DNA of 61,253 nt. Origin: Octopus sinensis. Taxonomy: Eukaryota. The first letter of the stretch is position 1. Every line of letters starts with the position of its first letter. The notes under the pieces were generated by a model. The model was given only the letters and a program-made list of their open reading frames with translations. It was not told the DNA's origin and did no database searches. A program made the translations under genes and the position numbers. The stretch is from contig NW_021832555.1 in the NCBI RefSeq assembly GCF_006345805.1, positions 1-61,253 of the forward strand, in the 5' to 3' direction. Shown piece by piece: positions 13,206-25,869 of this stretch.

Positions 13206-13752
13206 TTGGACTTTGTGACGTCATGAGGTGAACTATGATATCGCTCGTTGTAATTGCCCCGCGTCACGTCAGGGAATAGCAAGATTGTATATCTATGTAT
13301 GTTCTGGGTAGATAACTGTATTTCATTATTCATTCCCACCAAACCCATGTAGATGTATAAAGACAGGGTGGGCACAACTGGAACGTCTTTATTATAATTC
13401 TGCTCGATCTATAATTAACAACAATAAGAAAAATTACGACAAAGGTTAATTGCACGAAGAATTACTATGCAGGTGACCGAATAACTGAATTCGCATAGTC
13501 GACACCGACGGAAAACCATTTACTTTACTTATTTGTGTGTATGTGTGTGCGTGCGCGCGTAGTGTGTGTGTGTGCATGGGTGTGTGCATGTGTATGCATG
13601 TTTTGTGCATTTTCACAATAGTATTTCCAGAGGCTATGGAAAAAAACAACAAAAAAATATCGCCCTTTCCTCACCAAATACTCGTCCATTCATTAGAAGC
13701 TAGATTTTACACTCACGCTCAAACTCACACATTTTGTGTATGTGTATGCATA

Positions 13753-13910
13753 CACTCTCGGAGTGGTTGGCGTTAGGGAGGGCATCCAGCTGTAGAAACT
13801 TTGCCAGATCGGACTGGAGCCTGGTACAGCCTTCTGGCTTACCAGCCCCCAGTCAAAACGTCCAACCCATGCCAGCATGGAAAGCAGACGTTAAACGACG
13901 ATGATGATGA
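13753..13910 (+). mobile_element. RTE-type 3' tail fragment (SINE or LINE end)
   Basis: GGTTGGCGTTAGGGAGGGCATCCAGCTGTAGAAAC...CCAACCCATGCCAGCATGGAAAGCAGACGTTAAACGACGATGATGA. A related tail ends the B2 SINE at about 18545-18668. The RTE assignment is from recall. Confidence 0.7.
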
Positions 13911-14134
13911 TATATGTATATACATATACATATACATACATATATATACAAATATATATACATATATATACAGATATATGTACATATATATACAGATATA
14001 CGTACATATATATATATATATTATATACATATACATATATATATATATATAAATACATATACATATACATACATTATATATATATACATACACATATATA
14101 TATATATAAATACATATACATATATATATATATG

Positions 14135-14166
<32 letters not shown>

Positions 14167-14305
14167 CATATATATACTATATATACATATATATATATAC
14201 ATACATATATATATACATACATATATTATATACATATATATATACATATATACATACATATATACATATATACATACATATATACATACATATATATCAT
14301 ACATA

Positions 14306-14337
<32 letters not shown>

Positions 14338-14620
14338 CATACATATATACATACATATATATATATATATATACATATATATATACATACATATATACAT
14401 ACATATATACATACATACATATATACATACATATATATATACATACATATATACATACATATATATATACATACATATATATATACATACATATATACAT
14501 ACATATATATATACATATATATATACATACATATATATACATATATATATACATACATATATATATACATATATATATACATACATATATACATATATAC
14601 ATATACATACATATATATAT
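13905..14620. repeat. About 700-bp (TA)n/(TACA)n compound microsatellite
   Basis: Directly visible; generates the longest spurious ORFs (YIYI/HIYT). Confidence 0.95.
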
Positions 14621-14661
14621 AAAATTATAATAAGGACATTATAGAATTTTATATATATATA

Positions 14662-14692
<31 letters not shown>

Positions 14693-14968
14693 ATTCTTTT
14701 TATTATAATATGTATAATAAATATGTATCAAAAAGCTATTTTTGCGTGTTAGTACGATCATGCAAATAAAGGCAACTTTCTTGCATGGAAAAGCCATAAT
14801 GAGGTAATGGGGTGGGTGAAGAATGGTAAAAGATTGGCAGGAATTAATAGAATACCCTCTCCTCCCTCTCTCTCTCTTTACCTCACGCGCACACACACAA
14901 ACAAACGTATATGTGCGTGTATGAATCTGTGTATATATGTATGCACCAATGTGTGTCTGTATGTATAC

Positions 14969-15011
<43 letters not shown>

Positions 15012-15090
15012 ATATATATATATATATATATACATACACATATATATCACACACACACACATATATATATATACACACACACACATATAT

Positions 15091-15150
<60 letters not shown>

Positions 15151-15658
15151 GCATACACATTCATGTGTATACACGTTTCTAATTATGCTGTGTAATGCAG
15201 CAGACGCATAAAAATAAGACCGCTCTGTATGCAGATTTTTCACGTGACTGCATGTCAAGAAAACATTGAGAACCTGCACTTTCGTGTTTCTGTCGGTTTG
15301 TAGAGGAAGAAAGAGAAAAGAGTCAAAGGGAGGCATACAGTTGTTGTCGTCAATAATAACGCTTGTTTTGTGCCTAAGCATGATAACATAGGCAGAGCTG
15401 TTGTTTACGTACCGGTGAGGGTTGTAGTTTTTGCTAGAATCATTAGAAAACAGAGATTTTGGGGTTCCTTTTTTTTTGGCTAGGTGGGGGAAGGCGAAAT
15501 TTCATTTCTGCATTCAAGTATTCTTTTTACCAAAAAGGTGGGAAGAGTGGAGTTTAACGATCTTTTATATTCTGGACCTTCGTGGTGGTGTGGATTGTAC
15601 GGTGCTAAAGAAAAATATTCATTATTGTATATTATGTTATGTTTTGTCTTTTATATTC

Positions 15659-15800
15659 AAGGCGGTGAGGTGGTAGCACCGTTAGCATACCGGACCAAAT
15701 GCTGGAACCGATGAAATGAGTACCAGTCAAGTACTGGGGTCTATGTAATTGACTTCGACCTTCTGTCAAAAACTGGTGGCTCTGCCCGAAATTTGAAACC
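15659..15800 (+). mobile_element. SINE A1, internally deleted
   Basis: Head AAGGCGGTGAGGTGGTAGCACCGTTAGC joined directly to ATGAGTACCAG..CTGGGGTC and an A1 tail. Confidence 0.7.
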
Positions 15801-16296
15801 ACAGTTCTGTTCCTCCGTGACCGATGGAGCAAAAGGAGGAACTTATTTTCAAACTAATGACCCAATCCTAATTCTTGCAACAGACTGAAGTCCTTTAAAG
15901 GCACCCGGGAACTAGGCAGCTTTGTTGAATCTACAAGCCAAGAACTCAGAACACAATGATCCGGTATAAAATACAGTCAAAATATTTGGTCTTGGCACTC
16001 TAAGACTACTGCTAAGGCCACTGACCAGGATCCGTACATTATTTTATCGACCCCGAAAGGTAGAAAAGCAAATCTAACCTTGGTGGGTTTGAACTCAAAA
16101 CGCAAAAACACTGAACAACTACCGTGGGCGCCTTGACTCCCGATACTCATTTCATGTTTTGTCCCAGGGTCCCAAAAACAATTTCTTAATAAATTTTGAT
16201 ATTTTTCATTATATTATGTGAGGCAAGGATCATATTTAAACTTATCTTTTTTTAAAAAAAATTTTTATTCAGGAACCACTGGTAGAGAGTTTGGTA

Positions 16297-16678
16297 CAGT
16301 GGTTCTAAACTGCGACCCATATAAAAAAATTTGGGGAGTCCATGCAAGCAAAATAGTGAATTTGGTAGTATTTTACTTTCGATGTATTTATCGCAAGAAA
16401 CAGCTAGGTTTCTTTCTCTAATGTTTTGCATTGTTGAACATGATTCCTACCACTGAAACATGTTCTCTCCAAGAGTGCTTGTGCAAACCTACACAAGTGA
16501 ATGTAGGAAAAGACAAAAAAATAAAGAAAAGAAAAAAAGAAACAAAACAACTTAATTTTGAAAGACGTGTCTATAAAACTAGTATTTAAACATGGAATGG
16601 CTGGGTTGGGGTCCACCAGAGTATAATATTAATCAATTGGGGTCCATAGGTAAAAAAAGAAACGGTTGAGAACCATTG
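16297..16678. mobile_element. hAT-type MITE (non-autonomous DNA transposon)
   Basis: TIRs CAGTGGTTCTAAAC / GTTGAGAACCATTG. 8-bp flanks gtttggta / gttttgta (7/8). A relative in the opposite orientation lies at 26269-26611. Confidence 0.8.
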
Positions 16679-16800
16679 GTTTTGTACCTTCTGTTTTGTT
16701 AATTATATTTTATCTCGCATCTCATTACATGTTGAAACTCAGTATGAATTAAAATGTGCAAATCAAATGAAAAACGATAAAAATATGAAATATGAAATGA

Positions 16801-16965
16801 GGCGCAGGAGTGGCTGTGCGGTAAGTAGCTTGCTAACCAACCACATGGTTCCGGGTTCAGTCCCACTGCGTGGCATCTTGGGCAAGTGTCTTCTGCTATA
16901 GCCCCGGGCCGACCAATGCCTTGTGAGTGGATTTGGTAGACGGAAACTGAAAGAAGCCTGTCGTA

Positions 16966-17030
<65 letters not shown>

Positions 17031-17227
17031 TTGTCCCCTTAGCATTGCTTGACAACCGATGCTGGTGTGTTTACGTCCCCGTCACTTAGCGGTTCGGCAA
17101 AAAGAGACCGATAGAATAAGTACTGGGCTTACAAAGAATAAGTCCCGGGGTCGATTTGCTCGACTAAAGGCGCTGCTCCAGCATGGCCGCAGTCAAATGA
17201 CTGAAACAAGTAAAAGAGTAAAGAGTA
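16801..17227 (+). mobile_element. Full-length SINE group B (tail type B1) with internal (TA)n(TG)n
   Basis: tRNA-like head GGCGCAGGAGTGGCTGTGCGGTAAG..GGTTCAGTCCC, CORE-like CTTGGGCAAGTG segment, internal microsatellite, and a 3' half ending GACTGAAACAAGTAAAAGAGTAAAAGAG. Confidence 0.92.
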
Positions 17228-17320
17228 TAATAAAAAAAAATGTTCTAGTGTACCAAAATATCACACTTAAATAATCGTAGCGTGATGGGTCCCAAAAGGC
17301 TCCTAGTAGAGAAATAAGCT

Positions 17321-17702
17321 CTCCTACTATTGGCACACGGCCTGAAGTTTTGGGAGTGGGGGATAATCGATTACAACGACCCCAGTGCTCAACTGGTACT
17401 TATTCCATCGATTCCGAAAGGAAGAAAAACCCAGTCAACCTCAGGTAATCTGAATTCAGGACGTCATTTGTATTTTATTCGTCTTGATAATAATTCTACC
17501 AGTTCAATGCCTTTCACAGAAAAGAAACATTTCTTTCTGCTAAAGGTACAATGCCTGAATTTTTGTTTTCTTTGGTGGGGGCCAGCCAATTATATCGACC
17601 CCAGTACGTAACTGGTGACGATTTCATCGACTTCAAAAGGATGAAAGGCAAAATCGACCGTGGCGGAATTTGAACTCAGGTCGCAAATAGACGAAATGCC
17701 GC
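17321..17702 (-). mobile_element. Two partial SINE A copies (about 17321-17460 and 17573-17702)
   Basis: Reverse-complement core ATCGACCCCAGT..AACTGGT..GGATGAAAGGCAAAATCGACC..GAATTTGAACTCAG. Confidence 0.75.
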
Positions 17703-18295
17703 ACTTATTTGAAGGACAGGCGAACTAGGCTGTTAACTCAACTATGGATACAATAAACTGAATTACAACATCATGTGGTACTTATAGCTAGGTGGGTAAG
17801 GCTGTTAAGAGTTAAGTATCTTGGCTTTGGGTATAAAACTGTGAACTACATCAGACTGTGGTTCTTTCTAGCATCTAAGTAGACTACGCTGTTGGGTTTT
17901 GACTATCTCGGCCACTGGCGTAATGCAGTTGTACTTATAGCTAGGTCAGCAAACCTGTTAAGCGTTGCAGTGAAACTTTCCATCTGGTTCTTCCCTACAT
18001 CAAGGGAAGACTGAACATCTGTCAGTTGAGTTCTTTTGCCAAAGACACCGACTGAGCTTGTAAGAGTGGACGAACCTTCGGTCAGTCAGTTGGTTATACA
18101 GCATCCTAAACGACTTACATATCTGTGGTCTTTAAGGTTCTCTCAGCCTCAGTATGTATGCCTACTGTATAAGGGTAACCATAGCTGTGAGGTTCGTGCA
18201 GCCTTACGAGTCCAGGTTCAATCCCACTGCGCTCTACTCATCAATAGTTTCTGAGTCGAATTTGATACAAAGAAATGGCGAACAATCATGGATAC

Positions 18296-18668
18296 TGGTT
18301 GTGTGGTTAAAAAACTTGCTTCTTAAACATGTGGTCTCGGTTTCAGTCCCATTGTGCAGTATCGTCTATGATAGTCCCAGATCAGTAGCCTTGTGAATGG
18401 ATTTGGTTGATGGAAACTGTGTGGAAGGCGTGATGTGTGTGTGTGTGTGTGCATATACCCTTCTCATGACATTATGTAAACAAGTATCATTTTCGTACAA
18501 GCGATGTTATTCGCTTCCGGTTCTTATTGAAAATTATGCCTGGCAATTACCTTGCTTGGAAACAGGTGTGGGTTGTCGACAGGAAGGGAGTCTGACTATA
18601 GAAAACCCTGCCACTAAAATTCCGTCTGACCCATGCAAACATAGAAAGTTGACGTTAAACGATTATTT
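18296..18668 (+). mobile_element. SINE group B with alternative RTE-type tail (B2)
   Basis: B head and core up to GGAAACTG and (TG)n, then a different body ending GGAAACAGGTGTGGGTTGTCGACAGGAAGGG...GACCCATGCAAAC..GACGTTAAACGA. Confidence 0.7.
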
Positions 18669-19339
18669 ATATTTGTAGACGGCCGTGGATGTGTGTGTAT
18701 GTGTATCTATTATGCCTATGGTGAATGAGTATTTACATTCACGAGAAGTGACAACAGTTTTGGTATTGGTGTTTATATATCGGTGAAAGATAAACACACC
18801 GTTGAGAAAATGGCTGATAAATCGGCGCATCGAACGAATATGCTTTGTGGTATTATTTCGTTCGAGTTGCTCTTATAATTCCTTGCCACTCTCATCATTG
18901 GAAACGCAGTCACCGTCGTTGCTAAATCCTGGCTGAGGACCGTCAGATGTTTATGTCTGCAAAGCTGCATATTTTTAAAATACCCAAATTAATTACAAAT
19001 CGGTGTCGAGCAATTTAGAGACGAGTTAATTTACCAGTGTACCGAGTCCACAACACAATCGGTGCTGTTTAGATAAAGGCGTTCTATTAACGACTATTCC
19101 ACCATTTTTAGATTCTGCTGTGCTCACAAGCCGAGTGATCACATAATGAATATTCAGGCATTTGTTCATCCGAGGCCCGCATTGAAATTCAAGTGAGAGA
19201 GGATGTGAAAACTTAAAGATCTTTTGGACGATAACCGACGAAGAATTAGCAACGTCCCGTCTTATGTGTGAATTTTCCGTTTGTTGTTTTGTTTCTGTTC
19301 AAAATTTGGAACTTTTAAGTCTATCACTATATTCTATCA

Positions 19340-19573
19340 GTCTCTTCTCACTGTTTACGGGGACGTAAAGAAACCAAGAGGCGATGGTGGGACCACGAAC
19401 GCACACATATATATACAATAGACTTCCACAGTTTCCATGTACTAAATTTACTCACAAGGTCAGTCCAGAGCTATAGTAGAAGATACTTACCTAAAGTGCC
19501 GCGTAATGGGACTGAACCCGAAAACTTGGGGTTGAAAAGCAAGCTACTTAATCACACAGCCATAACTGCACCT
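19340..19573 (-). mobile_element. SINE B1, 5' portion
   Basis: Reverse complement of head and core: GGGACTGAACCC..AAGCAAGCTACTTAATCACACAGCCA. Confidence 0.75.
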
Positions 19574-20401
19574 AGATGAAAGGATTAGAAATTCTTGAAA
19601 TCTGTTCACACCATAAATATGTCAATGAATGACTATCACTGTTGTTGTTTATCATTTGAGCTGAACAAGCCTAAGATTAAAGACATCCCAGCTGTGACCA
19701 TCCTATTTTTGCTGCTTGGGGGATATTAGAAAAATATTATAGCAACGATCTAGCGGAACTGTTAGAGAGTAGGATAAAAAAAAAAAAAAAAAAGAAATTG
19801 CAGAATATTTTTCCGATTTTTTACGGTCGAAGTTTAAAATGTACACTTCACCGAAAGTATTAACTCAGGGCAGAAGATTTATTTATTTGGGTACGGAATA
19901 AACTGGTTTGTGATATTTATTCCGGCTCTTAACGTTCCTTGTGAAACGAATTTGTCCTTTTCTATATCTGGTAAGATGATCACTTGTGAAAAGAACACAA
20001 AGCAACGAGACGGAATCCTTGGATTTTCCGAGGTTATGGCGGTTCACAAAGCTTTTGAAGGAAGTCATCGGAGACCTTCCTGTCCGTCTTTAGATGGCAA
20101 GAAAAAGAAAAGAAGGAATGTTTTATCTAGGGCGCTTTCAGAGAATGGTGTTTAACAAACCCTCATCTTTTAGGGTCAAACAGGAGCTAATTTTATGGTT
20201 TATTATTTATATTTCTTTGTAGCATTCAATTTAGTATGCGCCTGTTTTGTTCGGACAAGTAACCCCTATGTTATCAAAGAACACTAGAGCCTCTCTATTG
20301 AAATTATATTGGCCATGGAACAACATCATTGATGTTTCTACTCATCGACTTCATATTTTAATCCAGATATGTTTTGAAAATATTTTAGAGATATTGTTAA
20401 G

Positions 20402-20472
20402 ATATCGGTGGTTCAGTGGCAGAACGATTTCCTGCCATTCGAACGACCTGGTTTCTTTTTCCGGCCGCTGCT
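20402..20472 (+). pseudogene. tRNA-Gly(GCC)-derived pseudogene or solitary SINE head
   Basis: About 52/71 ungapped matches by hand to the invertebrate tRNA-Gly(GCC) sequence as recalled (ATCGGTGGTTCAGTGG..AGAA..CCTGCCA..CCGGCCG.TGC). Anticodon GCC is at 20434-20436; the B-box/T-loop is destroyed (TTCTTTTT). Confidence 0.7.
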
Positions 20473-21044
20473 AAATTATTTAATTTGGTATATTATTTCA
20501 ACCAACATTCTTAGAGTAGGTCATTCCTAATCGAGCAGATCCATGATCAAAGCTCCCTAAATTTGTCTCCATAGCTCAGTATTCTTTTACTTGCTTCAGT
20601 CATTCAACTGCGGCTATGCTGGAGCATTGCCTTGAGCACTTCTTATAAACGAGGGTTTATCATTCTTACTGGGCGTTTTAGTACCATATTCTAATAGTGG
20701 TGTCCCAGCTTAATCACAGCCTTTGGAGTACACTACATAGAAGGGTAAAGGATATGATTTCTAAGTAAAAGAAAAGCCTAAATCCTCTTAGTACCCAGTG
20801 ACACTTATAGAGCTACCACGACAATTCAGCCTCTAAGGAAGGGCCACCACCCAAGCTAAGGACGGCCAAGTTAATGCTGTTTCGAGAATGAGGCTGAGAG
20901 ATAGAGTTAAATCTTCTAAACAGATTTTATTATCGACATGCACACACACACATTTACACACTGACATGCACCCCAACAAATTATATATACATATATAGAG
21001 AGCAACACACTCACACACACACACATTTACACTGACACGCACCC

Positions 21045-21089
<45 letters not shown>

Positions 21090-21091
21090 AT

Positions 21092-21196
<105 letters not shown>

Positions 21197-21198
21197 CA

Positions 21199-21245
<47 letters not shown>

Positions 21246-21288
21246 CAACACACACACATATATATATATATATATTATATATATATAT

Positions 21289-21361
<73 letters not shown>

Positions 21362-22466
21362 ATTAATAATATGATGATCTATTTTACATATTTACAACTT
21401 TCTGTTTTGCTGATGATGATAAACTAAAATATTACGTAGGTTTCAGAAGTTTACCACGATATTACGAAACACGTGTTTTCAATCTCAGATCTTTTTCTTA
21501 TCTCTTCATAATTATGAACTAACAGATACAAAATCAGCCGCCTAACTGAGAGTTAAATTACAGGTGAAATTAGTTATATTAATTTTTTAATTATGCAAGG
21601 CTACCTTATGAGTGTACGAAACAGAAAAAAAAATGAGTTTCGACAGATTTCCAAACGTACCCCAATTCCTCAAAATCTTTCACGTGGTCTGGGCGAGGTA
21701 GACGTAAATTCAGTTTTCCGATTCGTTTAAACGGAAATTCGTATCGGGAAAGATCCCTTTATAAATGTATTGTGTTAAAAATCACAATATACATCAGAGC
21801 TAGGCGAAAGAAAAGTGACTTACGAAAGCCGGTAATATGCTATTCCACTTATTAAAAATTTGCTAAATACTACACAATTTTAACCGCTGGTTACAGAAAA
21901 TTCACAAAAATTCAACCATGTTGATAGATTAATGAATTATAAAGGCTCAATAATTGTAAGATAATTAATTATATAGAGTTAATAATTATACATTAGTAAT
22001 AGGAACTTTGTATCCCTTGTTGCCATCCACCCATAATTATATAATTAATTTAATTTCTCAAAACTCACTACATTTCTACCGTTACCTATTAAATAGTGTA
22101 AATTGGAGTTCGCTATAATTAACCGTTTGAAGTTATCTCTCCTTGGATTTGGCTTCCTAATATATAGAGAGAGGAAGTTGTTAATTCTATATCTAAGAGA
22201 TTAGCATATATTTCGACTAGCTTATCTAATTTATTTAATTATTGAATATCCCGTTTTAATTATAATTACGTCTTTAATAATTTTGATAGGTGTAGGGGTG
22301 AACCGACGGCACAAACTTGCCACCAGTACATTAATCTTAAAAAACAATTCTCTCAACAATTCTTTGAAAGTGATAAATCTACCATATATTCGCAAAATTG
22401 CAAATATTCGAGTGGAATTTTAATCAGTGCCTAAATATAGACATTTCATAATAATTCTTGAAAGAT

Positions 22467-22694
22467 CTTCCGTTATGGAAGCCCCTTTGGCGCCACTGTT
22501 CTATCTCCCGGAAAGCAAAGCTCCGTATCTATGTAGCATTGGCCCTCTCCATTCTCCCCTCTGGAGCAGAAACGTGGCCCCTATTGAACAGCCTGGCAAA
22601 GAGTATCGATGACTTCGATAGCAGAGCCCTGAGAACAATCGAGAACATTAGATGGTACCATCACACTTCCAACAAACAACTGCTTGCGCGCACG
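22467..22694 (+). mobile_element. RTE-clade LINE ORF2 fragment (region C-terminal to RT)
   Basis: LWKPLWRHCSISRKAKLRIYVALALSILPSGAETWPL..IDDFDSRALRTIENIRWYHHTSN fits the RTE pattern IS.KTK.RIY.A.V.S.LLYG.ETW...IRW..HVSN. Confidence 0.8.
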
Positions 22695-22784
22695 CATACA
22701 AGTACCACTACCACTAACGTACATATATTTTTTACATTCACACAAACATACATACGTGTGTGTACATATATATCATATGGATCT

Positions 22785-22890
22785 GAGGCCGATCCCACTG
22801 CCCGGCATCTTGGGCAAGTGTACTGTACCTTGGTTGGCCTACATTGCACTGCAATTGGTTTAGACAGAAACTGTCTAGAAGTCCATCGGA
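22785..22890 (+). mobile_element. Degenerate SINE B core fragment
   Basis: TCCCACTGCCCGGCATCTTGGGCAAGTG...TTTAGACAGAAACTG. Confidence 0.6.
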
Positions 22891-24114
22891 CGGATTGCAT
22901 CTGAAATTCAAAGCTCCAGCCTTCTCATGCTGATTCTACCTGAGAATTTCTCTAACGACACATGCCCCTGAGGTATACTCAGCCAGATACACGCTAATTC
23001 AATGAGCTTTGTATTTCAGTTGTTTGCAAACTGAAAACTCATACTCCGTAATTCTCACTAACATCCATATGTGATTGTCCGTATGCGCGCGTGTGCCTGT
23101 GTGTGTGTGTATGTGTGTGTGTACACATTCGTACGTGCAAGAATAATGATGCATCTTAAAAAATGATGAAATGAGGAAAAGAAATACGACATATTCATGA
23201 ACCAAAAAATATAAACAAAAATTCATCTAAGACAATATTTGAAATCGAATAAATATTTTTGAACTTTCGATTTCTATCTTGAAAAGAAAAAGAAAAAAAA
23301 AGTCTGTAAAACTGGGCATCATTCACATCAATTTTTTTTTCTGTTCAGAATATAAAAATGGAATCAACAGTTTTTTGTGGGGGTATTTCAAAATTTATTG
23401 GACTTATTTTACATTTCTTTATTTGTTGTTTTTTTTGGTCAGTCTATTCCACCACACGCTCATTATTATCATACACTCCCAGACGTACACAGAATTTATA
23501 ATATGTAATAATAAAGCATTCATTCACAGTTAAACTGTCCAGCAAAAGGCTTCATATATGTATATATATATATATATATATATACATACATATATATATA
23601 TATGTATATATACACACATATATACACACATACATATATATATATACATATATATATATACATATATATTTATATATACATATATATATATACATACATA
23701 TATACACACACATATGTACATATATATATATATAGATATATATATATACAATACATACGTATATGTACAGGTATTTATGATTTAATAAGATGAATCAAAA
23801 GAGGTCAAACTTACTTTCCCTCATCTTGCCCACCTCCTTTTATTTGGGGGTGGGGACATTTATTGGTTGTTGTTGCTTGTCGTCGTTGTTTTTGTTGTTG
23901 CTGCTGTTGTTTTTGTTAATTTATTATTTTTTTTATTTATTTAGTATCTCGTTATTTCTCAAATGTTTTGAGAAGAAAATATAGAAAGAGGGTAGGGAAA
24001 GAGAAAGTGAAAGTAAAAAAGAGAGAGAGAGAATAGAAGAGATCTGCTGATGTTCTTGTCACATTTAACAGACAATGTTTTTTCTAAAAACAAACAAATC
24101 TATGGTGTATTGGG

Positions 24115-24145
<31 letters not shown>

Positions 24146-24539
24146 GAAATCTGGCTTAAGAATATTCAAAGCAAACTGCCACTTCTCCGAATTTCCCGCG
24201 TGCACTGCCCGATCAGGAACGAACACGTATGCACGGGGAAGCAAGAAATAGCGATGCAGAGGGCCATCATTTGGATGAATGAAAGAGACTCACCTATATG
24301 TAATAGGCACACTTTCTGTTTGCATAAATAACCAAGCGCACGCACACCCGAGCACACACACACACGTAATGCACATTCTATATATAATGACTGTATGTGT
24401 TTTGTATCTCCGTATATTCACATACATATGTATAGTGGTACATTTGATTCATTTGGCATAAGAAAAAAAAATATTAATAGGAACAATAAAAGGTCATAAG
24501 ATTTAAATATTAAGAAAATGGTTAAAACAATAAATTGAT

Positions 24540-24610
24540 ATTTGCATAATTTATGTCATGGGAATTTGCATAATTTATGTCGTGGGAATTTGCAAAATTT
24601 ATGTCATGGG
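24540..24610. repeat. 3 x 24-bp tandem repeat ATTTGCATAATTTATGTCATGGGA
   Basis: Units start at 24540, 24564 and 24588. Confidence 0.9.
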
Positions 24611-24820
24611 CTCTGATATTCGTGTAATTCATTTAAATGATACATATCTTGTATTAACGTCTCAACTAGAAGTAGACACAGAAAAGAGGTCCACCGGTGG
24701 TAAAGCCTGTGCACAGTTCAGTTACCGGCTAGAAATTGCAATCAGATCTATTTCAAATCACACGTTACAATTTTAAAAGAGAGTAATCCAACCGTAGGTG
24801 ATATTGTATTAGATACACAA

Positions 24821-24854
<34 letters not shown>

Positions 24855-24946
24855 TAATAAATAAACGGAGTGCTCACGAATAAAATGCCTTCGAAAACAG
24901 ATCTGATTCATTATAAATGGCCTCTCGCTAATCAGTACACCAAAGA

Positions 24947-25034
<88 letters not shown>

Positions 25035-25059
25035 TGTGTGTTTTTGTGTGTGTGTACGT

Positions 25060-25282
25060 CCGCCCGCGTGTGCTTGTGTTTGCCTTTCCTCTCCCAGCGC
25101 TTGACAACCAGTGCTGGATTACAACCCTTCACGTAGCGGTTCGGCAAAGGATCCCAATAGAATAATAAGTACCGGATTTTATGAAAATAAGTAGAGGTCG
25201 ATTTGTTTGACTAAATTCTTCAAAGTTGTTCTCCTGCGTGGCTGCAGACCAATAATTGAATCGAAGAAAATAATAAAAAGAG
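25060..25282 (+). mobile_element. SINE B1, 3' half after a long (TG)n
   Basis: CGCTTGACAACCAGTGCTGG..TAGCGGTTCGGCAAAG..AATAAGTACC..GGTCGATTTGTTTGACTAAA. Confidence 0.75.
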
Positions 25283-25869
25283 TACACACACACACACGCA
25301 CACATATATGTATATAGACACACGCGTACATATAGAAAGAGAGGTATATTGTTCCTTGTACTAAAGTGACCGACATCTAAATTTGATATAATTTATAATA
25401 ATGGCTTCGAGATGTGTATGTATTCCATGTGTGTGGGTGTGCGTGTGCGTATGCGTATGTATAAATGGGACGAAAATACTTGGAATAATTAATATTTTTG
25501 TGTTTGTATGGCAAACTTGTTAGTTGGCCGCTAGCAATATACATCAAATAACAATTCATTAATATATTTGTATCATCTTGCGCCTGCGCATAAACAAGGA
25601 CTTCTTGCCTTTTCTTTCTTTCTTTTTTTTCTTTTTTGACTTAACAAAAGAAATCAATTTTCTTAAACTTGATGTAATTAATTAGATAGGATAATTTCCT
25701 TTCAGCAGACTCCACTCCAATCTTGTTGCTTTCCAAGAACGTGCTTAGGTGATCCATTTGACTAATTTTATATGACTTACGACTACTCGGAGTAGTGATT
25801 ATTCATTTTTGCCTTGTCCAATGCATTTTCAGAAGTTCGTTCTCAGCACCCATGTTTATTTTCAGTCTT

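Noticed and set aside
13901-14644. Long ORFs (up to 247 aa) rich in Y/I/H/T/C/V here and throughout the window
   Set aside because: They are translations of (TA)n, (CA)n and (TACA)n microsatellites that lack stop codons in some frames; no domain content.
17705-18250. Complex non-microsatellite block with an internal 15-bp repeat gtacttatagctagg, possibly an LTR or PLE relic
   Set aside because: No recognisable protein motif, termini or second copy in the window, so it is left unclassified.
21430-22400. About 1 kb of AT-rich, microsatellite-free sequence, possibly a DNA-transposon interior
   Set aside because: No TIR, TSD or transposase motif could be identified by eye.
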